The notes beneath the pieces are model-generated. The model did no database searches. It was given only the letters and a program-made list of their open reading frames with translations, and was not told where the DNA came from. The position numbers and the translations under genes are program-made. A DNA stretch of 64,000 nt from a virus, in IMG/VR virus record IMGVR_UViG_3300044617_000796, positions 32,001 through 96,000 of that record, one strand, 5' to 3'. This document shows, piece by piece, positions 1 through 9,540 of the stretch; the stretch's first letter is position 1, and each line of letters begins with the position of its first letter.

Positions 1-544
1 CAAGACCACTAGCACCACCACCACCTCCAGCACCATAAGCAAAAGTCGTAAAGTTTCTACCACCATCCCTGCCTTGAAGTGCTGTACCTGCACCACCAAA
101 TCTCGCAGTGCCAGTGCCACCAGCACCACCACCACCCGAACCACCGTTTGCACCATTTTGAGAAGGATACGAACCTCCACCTCCACCGCCCGTTGAAGTT
201 ATTGTGGATAACACAGAGTTAACACCGCTACCGCCGATAGTTGGTGCGTTCGTACCACCATTACCACCTGCACCAATGGTTACTGTAAAACTCACTCCAG
301 CAAATACAGACAACAAAGACTCTGCTGAGTTATTCGCTCCAGATGTAGCACCGACAACAGAAGTTCTATACCCCCCTGCACCACCACCGCCTCCATTTGA
401 ACCACCACCACCACCACCTGCAATTACGAGATATTCAATTACTGATGGAGCTGCTAATACCCAATTAGAACCCATCGCAGCAATTCTCTGCTTATATAAA
501 CTCCATACTCCTGAAGCTGATGATGTTGATGGGAACTGTGCCAT
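1..544 (-). CDS. Gly-rich virion/fibre-like protein, truncated by the window edge (MAQFPSTSSASGVWSLYKQR...EYLVIAGGGGGG)
   Basis: Translated by hand from ATG at 544; EYLVIAGGGGGG..GGGGAGGYR motif as in 3355-4293 and 4293-5267; N-terminus shared with 1798-2415. Confidence 0.75.
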   Translation of the reverse strand, partial: MAQFPSTSSASGVWSLYKQRIAAMGSNWVLAAPSVIEYLVIAGGGGGGSNGGGGGAGGYRTSVVGATSGANNSAESLLSVFAGVSFTVTIGAGGNGGTNAPTIGGSGVNSVLSTITSTGGGGGGSYPSQNGANGGSGGGGAGGTGTARFGGAGTALQGRDGGRNFTTFAYGAGGGGGASGL

Positions 545-549
545 AAATA

Positions 550-774
550 TTATCCAAGCATTGCTGCTATTTCTTCCTCTGTTAAACCCAGAGCCGCAAG
601 TTTTGCAGATCCAGATGCTTTAGCATTTGCTTTTGCGGTTTCAGCAGCATCATTTTCCGCCTGCATTTGAGCCCAGACAGCAGCATCAGCTTCACGCTGT
701 GCAATTTCTTCTGGTGTAAGATCTACTTCCGTTACCACACCAGTTTCACAATTAACAATTATTTTTTTTGACAT
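550..774 (-). CDS. Small virion-associated/fibre chaperone-like protein
   Basis: Tightly packed ORF with SD; acidic helical protein ending KLAALGLTEEEIAAML, similar to 5708-5911. Confidence 0.55.
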   Translation of the reverse strand: MSKKIIVNCETGVVTEVDLTPEEIAQREADAAVWAQMQAENDAAETAKANAKASGSAKLAALGLTEEEIAAMLG

Positions 775-782
775 GTTTTCTC

Positions 783-1289
783 CTATGTATTAAGAATACC
801 ATACAGCGATGCTGATGAAAATTCTGCAAAATTTGTTCCGTATGGATCTAGTACAATAGATGTTATTGCAGTATTAGATAGCCATACCCCGACATGCAAT
901 GCCGTATATGCTGTTGTTCCATTATTTTCAGTGACAGAATCAGTGATTATAGTTTTATAAACAGAGCCAGTGTAGCGAGGTATGTACATCTTACCATTGC
1001 TGAATTGAGATGCTGATGCACTAGATGGGGTAATGCGCATAAGCCAGGGTTGAGATGCAGCAGCACCTGATGCAGCAGAACCATTCCCCTCTGCCAATTT
1101 AAATGAGTAATTTGCAGAGGTTTGATCATTGTTTATAAAAACCTGAAGGGTTGGGTTATCTGTAGTAGCACGACCAGACACTACAAACTCTAAATCGGTA
1201 TATGTTTGTGGTATAGAAGAAAAAGTAATTGTAGACGCTCCTCCAGAACCGACTGTTATTGTTTGGATAAGATTATAAGTAATAGTCAT
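783..1289 (-). CDS. Putative virion structural protein (ITFSSIPQTY family)
   Basis: Paralogous to 1292-1795 and 1798-2415 (NTAITSI...LYG C-terminus). Confidence 0.6.
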   Translation of the reverse strand: MTITYNLIQTITVGSGGASTITFSSIPQTYTDLEFVVSGRATTDNPTLQVFINNDQTSANYSFKLAEGNGSAASGAAASQPWLMRITPSSASASQFSNGKMYIPRYTGSVYKTIITDSVTENNGTTAYTALHVGVWLSNTAITSIVLDPYGTNFAEFSSASLYGILNT

Positions 1290-1291
1290 AA

Positions 1292-1795
1292 TTATGCAGC
1301 CTTAATACCATATAATGTAAACATTGAACCACTATAAAAATAATTAGCCTGTGTAAAAAGTCTAATAGATGTTATTGCAGATGTATTACGCCAAAGATTA
1401 ATCATAGCATTAGTTTCTTGTGTCCAAACACCATGACGACTTAAAACAGTTTTATATCTTGTTGCATTTGAATATCCTATTACATCAATAACTGTTACTC
1501 CAGTAAGGTCTTGATTTGGTAAATATCCAACGCCAGTAAAGCGCATAAAAGACACAGTGTCTGCTCGTGAACTAGATGCAGAAACGGAACCATCATTGGT
1601 TATGCGAGTGCGAGAATAAAGATTAGTGGTGTCACTATTAAATTGACCCTGGAATTCTGTTGTTGCTGCTGATGCACCACCTTTAAACACAATGCGTAAA
1701 TCTGTATATCCACTACCAAAACTGTTAAAAATAACCTCCTGTGTTGTATTATTAGTTAGCGTTACTGTTTCAATTGAATCATATGTTGCAGCCAT
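1292..1795 (-). CDS. Putative virion structural protein (same family)
   Basis: WRNTSAITSI...FTLYGIK motif; tightly packed with neighbours. Confidence 0.6.
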   Translation of the reverse strand: MAATYDSIETVTLTNNTTQEVIFNSFGSGYTDLRIVFKGGASAATTEFQGQFNSDTTNLYSRTRITNDGSVSASSSRADTVSFMRFTGVGYLPNQDLTGVTVIDVIGYSNATRYKTVLSRHGVWTQETNAMINLWRNTSAITSIRLFTQANYFYSGSMFTLYGIKAA

Positions 1796-1797
1796 AA

Positions 1798-2415
1798 TTA
1801 TCCTCTAACCCCATAAAGAGCAATTGAAGAATATTCTAGAAATTCTGTAGCATTTACTGATTTGAATGTAATACTTGTTATTGCAGTATTATTAATCCAT
1901 GCGCTTGAAACAAAATCAATGGTACCTCCGCCATTATAATCACATCCACCAATCGCCCTAGTTACTTTATATTTATTTGTATCTGTATAATCCAAAACAT
2001 CCATAATGAAGATGCCAAACATTTGAGATGTCGGTGAGTTACCAAAAAATAAAGGTAGTTGATTACCTACTGCAGGTGCAGTTCCATATCCAAAAGATGA
2101 AGCTGTTGAACCATCTCCTCTTAAACCATGAAGTGTATAATTTGATAATGTTTGATCACTATTAAAATACACATATGCTGAGTCGTATGTTGAAGCCCTA
2201 TCTGACCTCAAGATTCCACGAATATGTAAATGCTTGTATATCTGAGGGATTGAACTAAATGTTATTACACCATTTGAACCACCAGATGGTGCTGTATAGG
2301 AAGCGATAGATTCAAAGCTATTCAGAGTAGTCCAGTTATCGCCTCTCACAGCCCGTCTTTGTTCACGAAGCTGCCAGCGACCAGATGCGCCAGATGGACT
2401 TGGAAATTGCGCCAT
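1798..2415 (-). CDS. Putative virion structural protein (same family, with MAQFPS N-terminal module)
   Basis: ITFSSIPQIY and WINNTAITSI...ALYG motifs. Confidence 0.6.
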   Translation of the reverse strand: MAQFPSPSGASGRWQLREQRRAVRGDNWTTLNSFESIASYTAPSGGSNGVITFSSIPQIYKHLHIRGILRSDRASTYDSAYVYFNSDQTLSNYTLHGLRGDGSTASSFGYGTAPAVGNQLPLFFGNSPTSQMFGIFIMDVLDYTDTNKYKVTRAIGGCDYNGGGTIDFVSSAWINNTAITSITFKSVNATEFLEYSSIALYGVRG

Positions 2416-2417
2416 AG

Positions 2418-2771
2418 TTACGAGATTTCCTCGTAACTACACACTGCCTCCAGCTTCAGCGTTGTGCTACCGAAAGCACGAAGGGAGTCACCTTCTTCAA
2501 GATAAATAGCTTTTGTTAATACATCCATTGTTGCACCTGCTGGAACAACGAGTTGGTAAGCAATACGATATGCGGTTGATGAACGATACAAGTCAAGAGT
2601 AAGAGAATAGTTAGATGTTCCATCAACATTGGAGACATAAAGTGAGTTAACTTTAAACACCTTCCCGCTACCGCCGCTATTTGTTACAATTGCTGCTGCG
2701 CTTGCGGTAAGAACAGCAACTGCTGTCTTTCCTGTAATTGTTGTTACACCTACAATATTTGGTGCTGCCAT
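2418..2771 (-). CDS. Putative minor virion protein
   Basis: Beta-rich 117 aa, resembles 6568-6906 and 8018-8350. Confidence 0.55.
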   Translation of the reverse strand: MAAPNIVGVTTITGKTAVAVLTASAAAIVTNSGGSGKVFKVNSLYVSNVDGTSNYSLTLDLYRSSTAYRIAYQLVVPAGATMDVLTKAIYLEEGDSLRAFGSTTLKLEAVCSYEEIS

Positions 2772-2774
2772 AAT

Positions 2775-3299
2775 CTATCCTCCAAAAACAATTGACATTG
2801 CAATTGCTTTACCTGTTGATGCAGGTGTAAAACCTAAGTTTGTTGCAGCAACATTGGCTGCTAATTGTGTATTCGTAATTGTTGCATTTGCAATCTGTGT
2901 ATTTGTAATTGTTGCATTTGCAACTTGTGTTGCCGTAATCGTAGCATTTGCTATTTGTGTAGCGGTGATTGTCGCATTTGCAATGTGCGCACTTGTGATA
3001 GCTGTATTTGCAATATGCGCACTTGTAATAGTTGCGTTTGCAATTTTTGCGGATGTAACCGCAGCATTTGCGATCTGTGTATCTGTAATGGTAGTGTTTG
3101 CAATTTGTGTAGCGGTAATCGTAGCATTTGCAATTTTTGCGGCTGTAATTGTTGTATTTGCAATCAAATCATTGGTGATTGAACCATTTGACATCGCTTG
3201 CACAAAAGCTTGCCAGGTATCACCTGTCCATGTCCAGCTTCTTCCGCCAGATGTAAAGACATCATTTGTTGCTGGGGAATCTGGGAAGTTAATTGCCAT
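2775..3299 (-). CDS. Fibre-like protein with decapeptide repeats (ITATQIANAT)
   Basis: About 11 tandem 10-aa repeats; SD AGGAGA and -10 TAGAAT upstream. Confidence 0.7.
   Translation of the reverse strand: MAINFPDSPATNDVFTSGGRSWTWTGDTWQAFVQAMSNGSITNDLIANTTITAAKIANATITATQIANTTITDTQIANAAVTSAKIANATITSAHIANTAITSAHIANATITATQIANATITATQVANATITNTQIANATITNTQLAANVAATNLGFTPASTGKAIAMSIVFGG
2860..3185. repeat. 30-bp coding tandem repeat
   Basis: Degenerate gcatttgcaat..tgtg...gtaat units encoding the decapeptide repeats. Confidence 0.8.
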
Positions 3300-3354
3300 T
3301 ATGTCTCCTATTCTACCACTTATGCGGTTTTAAATCTAATATGGGTAATAGCCA

Positions 3355-4293
3355 TTATGGGACCACCAAGCTCCCCGAACCAGTAAATGTGTGAATGATG
3401 TAACCACCAAACGAAGTGACAGTACCGCCAGTAGCAATTTGATAGTTACTTAAATACCTGACAATAACAATACCTGAACCACCACCTCCACTCGCACCAC
3501 CACCAGAACCAGTATTTATTGCACCAGCAGAACCAGATGCACCACCAATACCACTTGCACTACTAGTGTTGCTGTTGCCAGAACCGCCTGCGGCTCTGAA
3601 TGTAGGAGTTCCAGTAATAGAAGATTGAAGTCCACCACCACCAGTTGCAGTAGCATTACCTGATGCGTTTGTTGCAGTTCCACCTACGGCACCTGCACCA
3701 CCACCTCCGCCACCTCCGTCAATTAATGCCGCACTGATACCTGTACCACCTGCGTAACCTTGAGTCGGAGAAACTGCTGCACCACCAGTGCCACCGCTAC
3801 CACCACCAGCTTTACCTGAACCACCACCACCAGAACCGCCAGCGGTTCCGTTGACTGGGTTTCCAGAACCACCAGCACCGCCGCCAGTTGAGGTGATAGA
3901 GCCGAAAACGGAATTTTGACCGCTGGCATTTGCAGCACCACCACCACCTACTGTTACGGTATATGTTCCTGGGCTAAGAACTAAAGATGATTCAGCTGAA
4001 CCTCCACCTCCAGTTGTTTCTCCAGTTACCGAATTACGATAACCACCTGCACCACCACCACCACCAAATGTGGTTCCACCACCACCACCGCCTGCAACAA
4101 CTAGATATTGAACTGTTAGATTTGTTGAATGCAATACTCCAGCAGACCATGCAGAACCCAGCCAAACTCTCATAACATTAGTATCTGTTTCAAAAATAAC
4201 CTGACCCGTATAAGGACTAGCAGGGCGTGTTGTGCTGGTGCAAACAGCGGGTTGAATAATTGATTGTGCTCCAGTAATATTGTTAATAGCCAT
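3355..4293 (-). CDS. Gly-rich virion/fibre-like protein
   Basis: N-terminal CTSTTRP..PYTGQVIFETDT module; YLVVAGGGGGG; C-terminal GSGIVIVRY...IHTFT. Confidence 0.7.
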   Translation of the reverse strand: MAINNITGAQSIIQPAVCTSTTRPASPYTGQVIFETDTNVMRVWLGSAWSAGVLHSTNLTVQYLVVAGGGGGGTTFGGGGGAGGYRNSVTGETTGGGGSAESSLVLSPGTYTVTVGGGGAANASGQNSVFGSITSTGGGAGGSGNPVNGTAGGSGGGGSGKAGGGSGGTGGAAVSPTQGYAGGTGISAALIDGGGGGGGAGAVGGTATNASGNATATGGGGLQSSITGTPTFRAAGGSGNSNTSSASGIGGASGSAGAINTGSGGGASGGGGSGIVIVRYLSNYQIATGGTVTSFGGYIIHTFTGSGSLVVP

Positions 4294-5267
4294 TATGAGA
4301 TCACCAAGCTCCCCGATGCGGTAAATGTATGAACTGTGTATAGACCTGAAGTTGTTTTAGTTCCACCAGTAATAGTAAGTCCAGTAACAAGAGCTGTTAA
4401 ATAACGAATGATAACAATTCCTGAACCACCTGCACCACCAGAAGGTGTTGCACCACCAAAACCGCCAGCACCACCACCGCCACCACCAGTATTCGCTGTG
4501 CCAGCAGTACCAGCAGCAGCCCCATTTGAACCAGCACCACCACCACCCGAACCACCAGCACCCCCAGTAGAACTGCCTGTGCCACCACCACCGCCTGCTC
4601 TTGTTACTGCAGAACCAGTGATTGATGAGGAAAGACCAGCACCACCTGCACCGCCAATATTATTGGCGCTTGTTGTCCCACCTACTGCACTCGCACCACC
4701 GCCGCCAGCATAACTACCGCTTATACTGTTACCACCAGCAAAACCTTGTGATGTAGTTCTCGCACCGCCAGTTGTACTAATATTGTTTGCACCGCCGCCA
4801 GAGCCACCAGTGCCAGATGCATTTAAACCTGCTCCCCGACCACCACCTTTAGAAACAATACCAAAAATTTCGCTATCCAAACCCACAGTATCTGATGCAC
4901 CACCAGCACCAACCGTAACGGCGTATGTGCCAACATCAAAACTAAGTGCAAAAGGAGATTCTAGCGTTCCACCACCACCAGTTGCTTCTCCAGCAACAGA
5001 TGAGCGATAACCACCCGCTCCACCACCACCGCCGCTGTAAGTAGAACCATCTGTTCTTCCACCGCCTCCACCACCTGCGATTATAAGGTATTCAACATTA
5101 AATGTTGTTCCATGTGTATACCCAGTTGACCATTCAGAACCCAACCAAACTTTCATTCGGTTAGTATCTGTTTCAAAAATAACTTGACCTAAATAAGGAT
5201 TAGAAGGTCGTGCGGTTGATAAACAAACGCCAGCCTGAATACCTTGAGTAGTCGTTGTAATAGCCAT
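4293..5267 (-). CDS. Gly-rich virion/fibre-like protein (start reassigned to ATG 5267)
   Basis: TAATG overlap with upstream ORF; same architecture as 3355-4293. Confidence 0.7.
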   Translation of the reverse strand: MAITTTTQGIQAGVCLSTARPSNPYLGQVIFETDTNRMKVWLGSEWSTGYTHGTTFNVEYLIIAGGGGGGRTDGSTYSGGGGGAGGYRSSVAGEATGGGGTLESPFALSFDVGTYAVTVGAGGASDTVGLDSEIFGIVSKGGGRGAGLNASGTGGSGGGANNISTTGGARTTSQGFAGGNSISGSYAGGGGASAVGGTTSANNIGGAGGAGLSSSITGSAVTRAGGGGGTGSSTGGAGGSGGGGAGSNGAAAGTAGTANTGGGGGGAGGFGGATPSGGAGGSGIVIIRYLTALVTGLTITGGTKTTSGLYTVHTFTASGSLVIS

Positions 5268-5425
5268 TAGAGTGTTTGTCCTACTGACCAAGCACTGCCC
5301 AGCCAAACTTTCAATAGATTTGTATCAGTCTCGTAAATCATTTGCCCAACATAAGGTGCTTCAGGGCGTGTAGTGCTAGTGCAAACACCATTTTTTGTTT
5401 GTCCTCGTGCTACCTTGATACCCAT
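5267..5425 (-). CDS. 52-aa stand-alone module (MGIKVARGQTKNGVCTSTTRPEAPYVGQMIYETDTNLLKVWLGSAWSVGQTL), missing from the ORF track
   Basis: Translated by hand; TAATG overlaps at both ends; homologous to the N-termini of neighbours. Confidence 0.75.
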   Translation of the reverse strand: MGIKVARGQTKNGVCTSTTRPEAPYVGQMIYETDTNLLKVWLGSAWSVGQTL

Positions 5426-5706
5426 TACGGTTCAACAACCTCATCTTCTGATGTATCTTCTGTTGAGTAAGATGGTGCAATAAATTTATCAAGCTGTGAA
5501 TCATAACGATAACCAACACCCGCATAATATCCACGGAAATTATTATTGTATGATGTTTGTCTCCATTCACCATCTAGACCAATTGAAGCAATAAATGCTT
5601 GACCAACTGGTTCTGATTCTGGGAACTCCAGGTTCCCGCAATCTTCGTTGGAGACAACAATAACTTGTACTACTGTGTCTCCTGTTATTTTTGCAAAATG
5701 TGCCAT
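5425..5706 (-). CDS. Small protein accompanying the Gly-rich fibre genes (MAHFAKI...W.QTSYN)
   Basis: Tightly packed ORF; motif recurs in phage fibre loci. Confidence 0.55.
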   Translation of the reverse strand: MAHFAKITGDTVVQVIVVSNEDCGNLEFPESEPVGQAFIASIGLDGEWRQTSYNNNFRGYYAGVGYRYDSQLDKFIAPSYSTEDTSEDEVVEP

Positions 5707-5707
5707 A

Positions 5708-5911
5708 TTATTCTCCTAACAATAGTTGTGCTTCTTCTTCTGTAATACCCAATTTTTCTAACAAAGCCTGTCTTGCGGTTGCTTTAACGGCTTGCGCTTG
5801 GGTGCGTTGCACGACTTTGGCTTGTTGTGCTTGTAGTTCGCTGTCAGTCATTTCTCTTTCAGTTGTTTGACCTGTTGCGTGGTTATAGGTGCTAACGATT
5901 GGATTTGTCAT
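5708..5911 (-). CDS. Small virion-associated/chaperone-like protein
   Basis: Similar to 550-774 (LLEKLGITEEEAQLL). Confidence 0.5.
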   Translation of the reverse strand: MTNPIVSTYNHATGQTTEREMTDSELQAQQAKVVQRTQAQAVKATARQALLEKLGITEEEAQLLLGE

Positions 5912-5917
5912 AGTTCC

Positions 5918-6568
5918 TCAACTGTTGCTGTAGCCGTAAAGCTTGTAAGTTCCGTCATCAAAGTTTCCTGCGCCGCTTACAAAAATAGAAAAACCATCAA
6001 ACGAAGTTGTTGCGTTAAAATATCCCATGTAAACACCTGCGTTTTCGCTGTAATTGTATGCGCTATGGAAAGTTGTTAGCGCAGTAAGTTGCGGCGAACC
6101 TATCTGTATAACGAAACTGGCGGCGCTGTTTGCGCCAGAAATACCACCAACACCAAAAGCATCATCCGCTGTATTGGCTGCGGGTGATACAGAACTCGTG
6201 TAACCGTTTAAAATTGATGCCCATTTATAGTTTGTAGTTGTGTTTGTTGTGCCGCCAGTACGCATACCCAACTCAAACAAATACGCACCAGCGGTTGTCA
6301 CTGATGCGTTATTTATCATCAGCAAATAATTGCTATAGGTAGAGGTAAAAACGCTGTCCACATTTCTTGTAGCCGTACCCGACAATGTGCCACCAGTAAT
6401 GTACTGCAAACCGTTTTGTGTAACCCAAGCCGAACCGTTATATGCCGCCAAACGAGTCGTATCAGTCTCATAAATAAGTTGACCAGTAAATGGTGAGGAG
6501 GGCTTGGTTGTGCTCGTGCACACACCAGGTCTTTGTGAACCTATACCGATGCCGCTTGAGTAACCCAT
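5918..6568 (-). CDS. Putative virion protein (CTSTTKP module plus beta domain)
   Basis: N-terminal module shared with the Gly-rich proteins; C-terminal YKLYGY. Confidence 0.6.
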   Translation of the reverse strand: MGYSSGIGIGSQRPGVCTSTTKPSSPFTGQLIYETDTTRLAAYNGSAWVTQNGLQYITGGTLSGTATRNVDSVFTSTYSNYLLMINNASVTTAGAYLFELGMRTGGTTNTTTNYKWASILNGYTSSVSPAANTADDAFGVGGISGANSAASFVIQIGSPQLTALTTFHSAYNYSENAGVYMGYFNATTSFDGFSIFVSGAGNFDDGTYKLYGYSNS

Positions 6569-6906
6569 TACGCTGTCTGCTTTTCCCAGCCGACAACAGT
6601 AACTGTTACCTTGGCTGCTGTGTCCGATAGTCCTTGTAGTGTCTCACCTGCGTTCAGTACCAAAGCGGTATCCCAAATCATTACATCATTGGCACCAATA
6701 GGTAGTGCTGAAAGCAAGCGGTTTGCAGCAGTAGCTGCAGAACCAATCGCCAGTGTTACTGTGCGATCAATTGTGTCTGTGTTGGTAATAATTATCTGCT
6801 TGATAACTTCTGCATAGCCAGTCGCTGCTGTACAAATAGTTGTTGTTGTATTGCCTAGTTGAGTTGGTCCACCCAGTCTAGATTCAACTCTGTCTCCTAC
6901 TGCCAT
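6568..6906 (-). CDS. Putative minor virion protein
   Basis: Paralog-like to 8018-8350. Confidence 0.55.
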   Translation of the reverse strand: MAVGDRVESRLGGPTQLGNTTTTICTAATGYAEVIKQIIITNTDTIDRTVTLAIGSAATAANRLLSALPIGANDVMIWDTALVLNAGETLQGLSDTAAKVTVTVVGWEKQTA

Positions 6907-6909
6907 ACT

Positions 6910-8025
6910 TTACGCTCCTATATCCATAATAATCAAAGCCGCATTTCTTGTGTCAGTCATAACATCTGAACTGACTGTTGCATTAATCCATGCGCTACCA
7001 TTCCATTGTAGCACTTGACCAGAACTTGCGCTAGTGATTGTTACATCACCAACATCATCAAGGGCATTAATTGTTGGAATTGATGCCCATTCAAGACCTG
7101 TTGTGGTTGATGAATTTGCTTTTAAAAAATAACCATTAGTTCCGACTGCTAGTCTGTCTAAAGTATTGTCAGCGGTGCCTACGAGTAAATCACCTTTTGC
7201 ATTAATAATTGACAAAAGGCTATTTATTGCTAATGCACCAACTTCAACCCAAACTGAGTCGTAGTAAACATAGGTACCGCCATCTGATGAGTCATACCAG
7301 AACTGACCAGGAATTGGGTTAGAAGGAGCAGTATCTCCTACATAGGCAGCTGTACCGCTTGCTCCAATTTCAATCCAATGAGAATCATAATAAACATAAG
7401 TAGCGGCAGTATCTGACTCAAACCAGACTTGACCAGCAACTGGGCTTGTTGGAGCAGTGTCAGATATTGTTGCACCGCCAGCTCCCAGGTCTGTGTAGTT
7501 TGTTCCATCATTTGTGAACTGCCATTTATCTGTGGATTCATCCCAGCGAATAAAGACATTCGTAGAAGTGCCTCGTTCAATCTCAATACCCGAATTTAAT
7601 GTCGGAGAACTAGTCTCGCCAGAATTAAGAAGGATAAAACTATCTTCAACATTAAGATTGGCGGTATTAAGAGTAGTAGTGTTTCCGCTAACAATCAAAT
7701 CACCAGACACTGTTAGATTGGCAAATGTCACATCCGAGTTTGCCAAGGTGAGTGTACCGCTCGCATCTGGGAGGCTGACGGTCCTATCGGCTGTTGGGTC
7801 AACAACGGTTAGGATTGTTTCAAAACCATCAGCCGTACTACCTTCAAAATAAATCACATGGGGTTCTGGAAGATAGATGCCATGAATAACTGGGGTTTGA
7901 CCAGTTGCTGTAATCGTTGGTCCATTAATAATCGGAGTAGTAAGTGTTTTGTTAGAAAGCGTTTGGGTGCTATCTAAATCAACAGAGAGTGTATCGTTAA
8001 TTAAATCTTTATTAAGATTAGGCAT
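6910..8025 (-). CDS. Tail/fibre-like protein
   Basis: TQTLSNKTLT, duplicated AP.SP..GQ.W..SD...YVYYD..W.E.G, KGDLLVGTAD and GQVLQWNGSAW fibre motifs. Confidence 0.7.
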   Translation of the reverse strand: MPNLNKDLINDTLSVDLDSTQTLSNKTLTTPIINGPTITATGQTPVIHGIYLPEPHVIYFEGSTADGFETILTVVDPTADRTVSLPDASGTLTLANSDVTFANLTVSGDLIVSGNTTTLNTANLNVEDSFILLNSGETSSPTLNSGIEIERGTSTNVFIRWDESTDKWQFTNDGTNYTDLGAGGATISDTAPTSPVAGQVWFESDTAATYVYYDSHWIEIGASGTAAYVGDTAPSNPIPGQFWYDSSDGGTYVYYDSVWVEVGALAINSLLSIINAKGDLLVGTADNTLDRLAVGTNGYFLKANSSTTTGLEWASIPTINALDDVGDVTITSASSGQVLQWNGSAWINATVSSDVMTDTRNAALIIMDIGA

Positions 8026-8350
8026 ATTCTACACCGCTAATTGTAAATGTCACAGCGTTAGCTGTAACTTGATCAACATAGATTTTACTATTAGCAGGTA
8101 TGACTATAGATGTATTATAGTAAACAACATTATTTGCCAACACATTCACATTGCTTATGACCTTGTTATTTGCTGCAGCAGTTGCTGCTCCAACAAGAAT
8201 GTGAATGCTACATACAGCATTAGATGCAGTTGCATTGCAAAGATTAATATTTTTGATAATTGAATAATTACCAACAACATTAGCTGTTGTGTAGGCGTTA
8301 GTAGCCTGCTCGTTTCCAATATAAAAACTTTTTGGTGTTAAGTTAGCCAT
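8018..8350 (-). CDS. Putative minor virion protein
   Basis: Overlaps neighbour in the structural operon; beta-rich. Confidence 0.55.
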   Translation of the reverse strand: MANLTPKSFYIGNEQATNAYTTANVVGNYSIIKNINLCNATASNAVCSIHILVGAATAAANNKVISNVNVLANNVVYYNTSIVIPANSKIYVDQVTANAVTFTISGVEYA

Positions 8351-8692
8351 TTATGCCCCCATCCATACTAAAACTTCATTATCATATGTTGTAGTATTCA
8401 TATCCTGGATAACCGCTGCGTCAAGAACATGGTCAACATAAACTCCAGATGTGTGAGCTATCGCTGTTGTGCCATCATAACCCCTCTGCTCAACAGCAAG
8501 GGTGTTTGATGATCTTGAAGAGATTAAAACTTTTTCTTCGCCAGCAGAACCACGGTTAATAACAATAACAAATGGATTGTTCCCACTAGGGTATGTTGAA
8601 CCATCCAACACAGCAATGCTTGCAGCTGTATTTGAAATGTTGGCAGATAATGTTGTTCTCAATACAGAACCACTAAATTCTCTTCTCAACAT
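8351..8692 (-). CDS. Putative minor virion protein
   Basis: TTLSANI...RGYDGTTAIAHTSG motif typical of phage structural proteins. Confidence 0.55.
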   Translation of the reverse strand: MLRREFSGSVLRTTLSANISNTAASIAVLDGSTYPSGNNPFVIVINRGSAGEEKVLISSRSSNTLAVEQRGYDGTTAIAHTSGVYVDHVLDAAVIQDMNTTTYDNEVLVWMGA

Positions 8693-8700
8693 AATCCTCC

Positions 8701-9084
8701 TTAATCAATACTTACAGAAAGACTGCCTGTTGCAATTCTTAATGTGTCACCCGCATCTGTGGTTTTGTTAGTTGTTAGACCACCGTACAGCAACATGTTG
8801 CCAGATGTAATTGCGTCAAAAATTCCAATTGCTACTGTCGTAGCAGCTGGCATGCCAGCAAAGTCAATGTTACTATCATTTGTTGTAGCACCAGAAGATG
8901 CAGCGCCAAAAGTAGCCGCTTGACGAGCATACGAACCGCCAGTTACTTCTGTTCCACCACCAGCTTCGCCTGGGGTAACAGTAAAGAGACCTACATAAAC
9001 AGCCGATGGCTTTGTATATGTTGTTGTACCAAGAAAGTGATCAATCAATTTGCTTTCAAGATAGTTTGTTAGATTGCCTGCCAC
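8701..9084 (-). CDS. Putative virion structural protein
   Basis: LTNYLE..L.DH, GTEVTGGSYARQ and IFDA.TSGN.L motifs. Confidence 0.6.
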   Translation of the reverse strand: MAGNLTNYLESKLIDHFLGTTTYTKPSAVYVGLFTVTPGEAGGGTEVTGGSYARQAATFGAASSGATTNDSNIDFAGMPAATTVAIGIFDAITSGNMLLYGGLTTNKTTDAGDTLRIATGSLSVSID

Positions 9085-9086
9085 TA

Positions 9087-9467
9087 TTAATCCTCCAGAT
9101 TATTATAATACATTTCCTTTTCTTCGTCATTAGGCAATCTAAAGTTTTCAAGAGATAGAAGCTGTTTGGCTTCCTCTAATGGGACTTCTGCCATTTTTCT
9201 TCTTTGAGAAAAGCGAAATCCAGAACTAGTTGAATAACCAGCTCCGCTTTCAAATAAAACCAGTACAGTTCCATTGCTAGTGATAGTTTCTTGAACTGGT
9301 CTTTCGTGAACAGTTCCTTCTTGCACTACACCATCACCGTCACCGTCAACTGCATCTTCTTTAAATTCAACTGGTTCTGTAACTTTCTTTGCTACAGCTT
9401 TTTTAGCTACAGCTTTCTTCGGTTTATTAATTTTTTCGGATGTTACACTTGTTTCGTTGTTAGTCAT
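9087..9467 (-). CDS. Capsid-adjacent protein with a C-terminal GYSTSSG domain (start reassigned; probably leaderless)
   Basis: GTGG-TAGGAT ends 7 nt before ATG 9467; domain shared with glycosyltransferase 60533-61780. Confidence 0.6.
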   Translation of the reverse strand: MTNNETSVTSEKINKPKKAVAKKAVAKKVTEPVEFKEDAVDGDGDGVVQEGTVHERPVQETITSNGTVLVLFESGAGYSTSSGFRFSQRRKMAEVPLEEAKQLLSLENFRLPNDEEKEMYYNNLED

Positions 9468-9540
9468 AATATCAATCCTACCACTCATAACCATATAAAT
9501 CAATTGACTTCCTATGGATAATTTTACTTCAGTATAGATA

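Noticed and set aside
204-5010. Plus-strand Pro-rich or Cys/Val-rich ORFs (204-623, 2854-3333, 4408-4713, 4783-5010)
   Set aside because: Antisense shadows of Gly-rich and repeat-coding minus-strand genes
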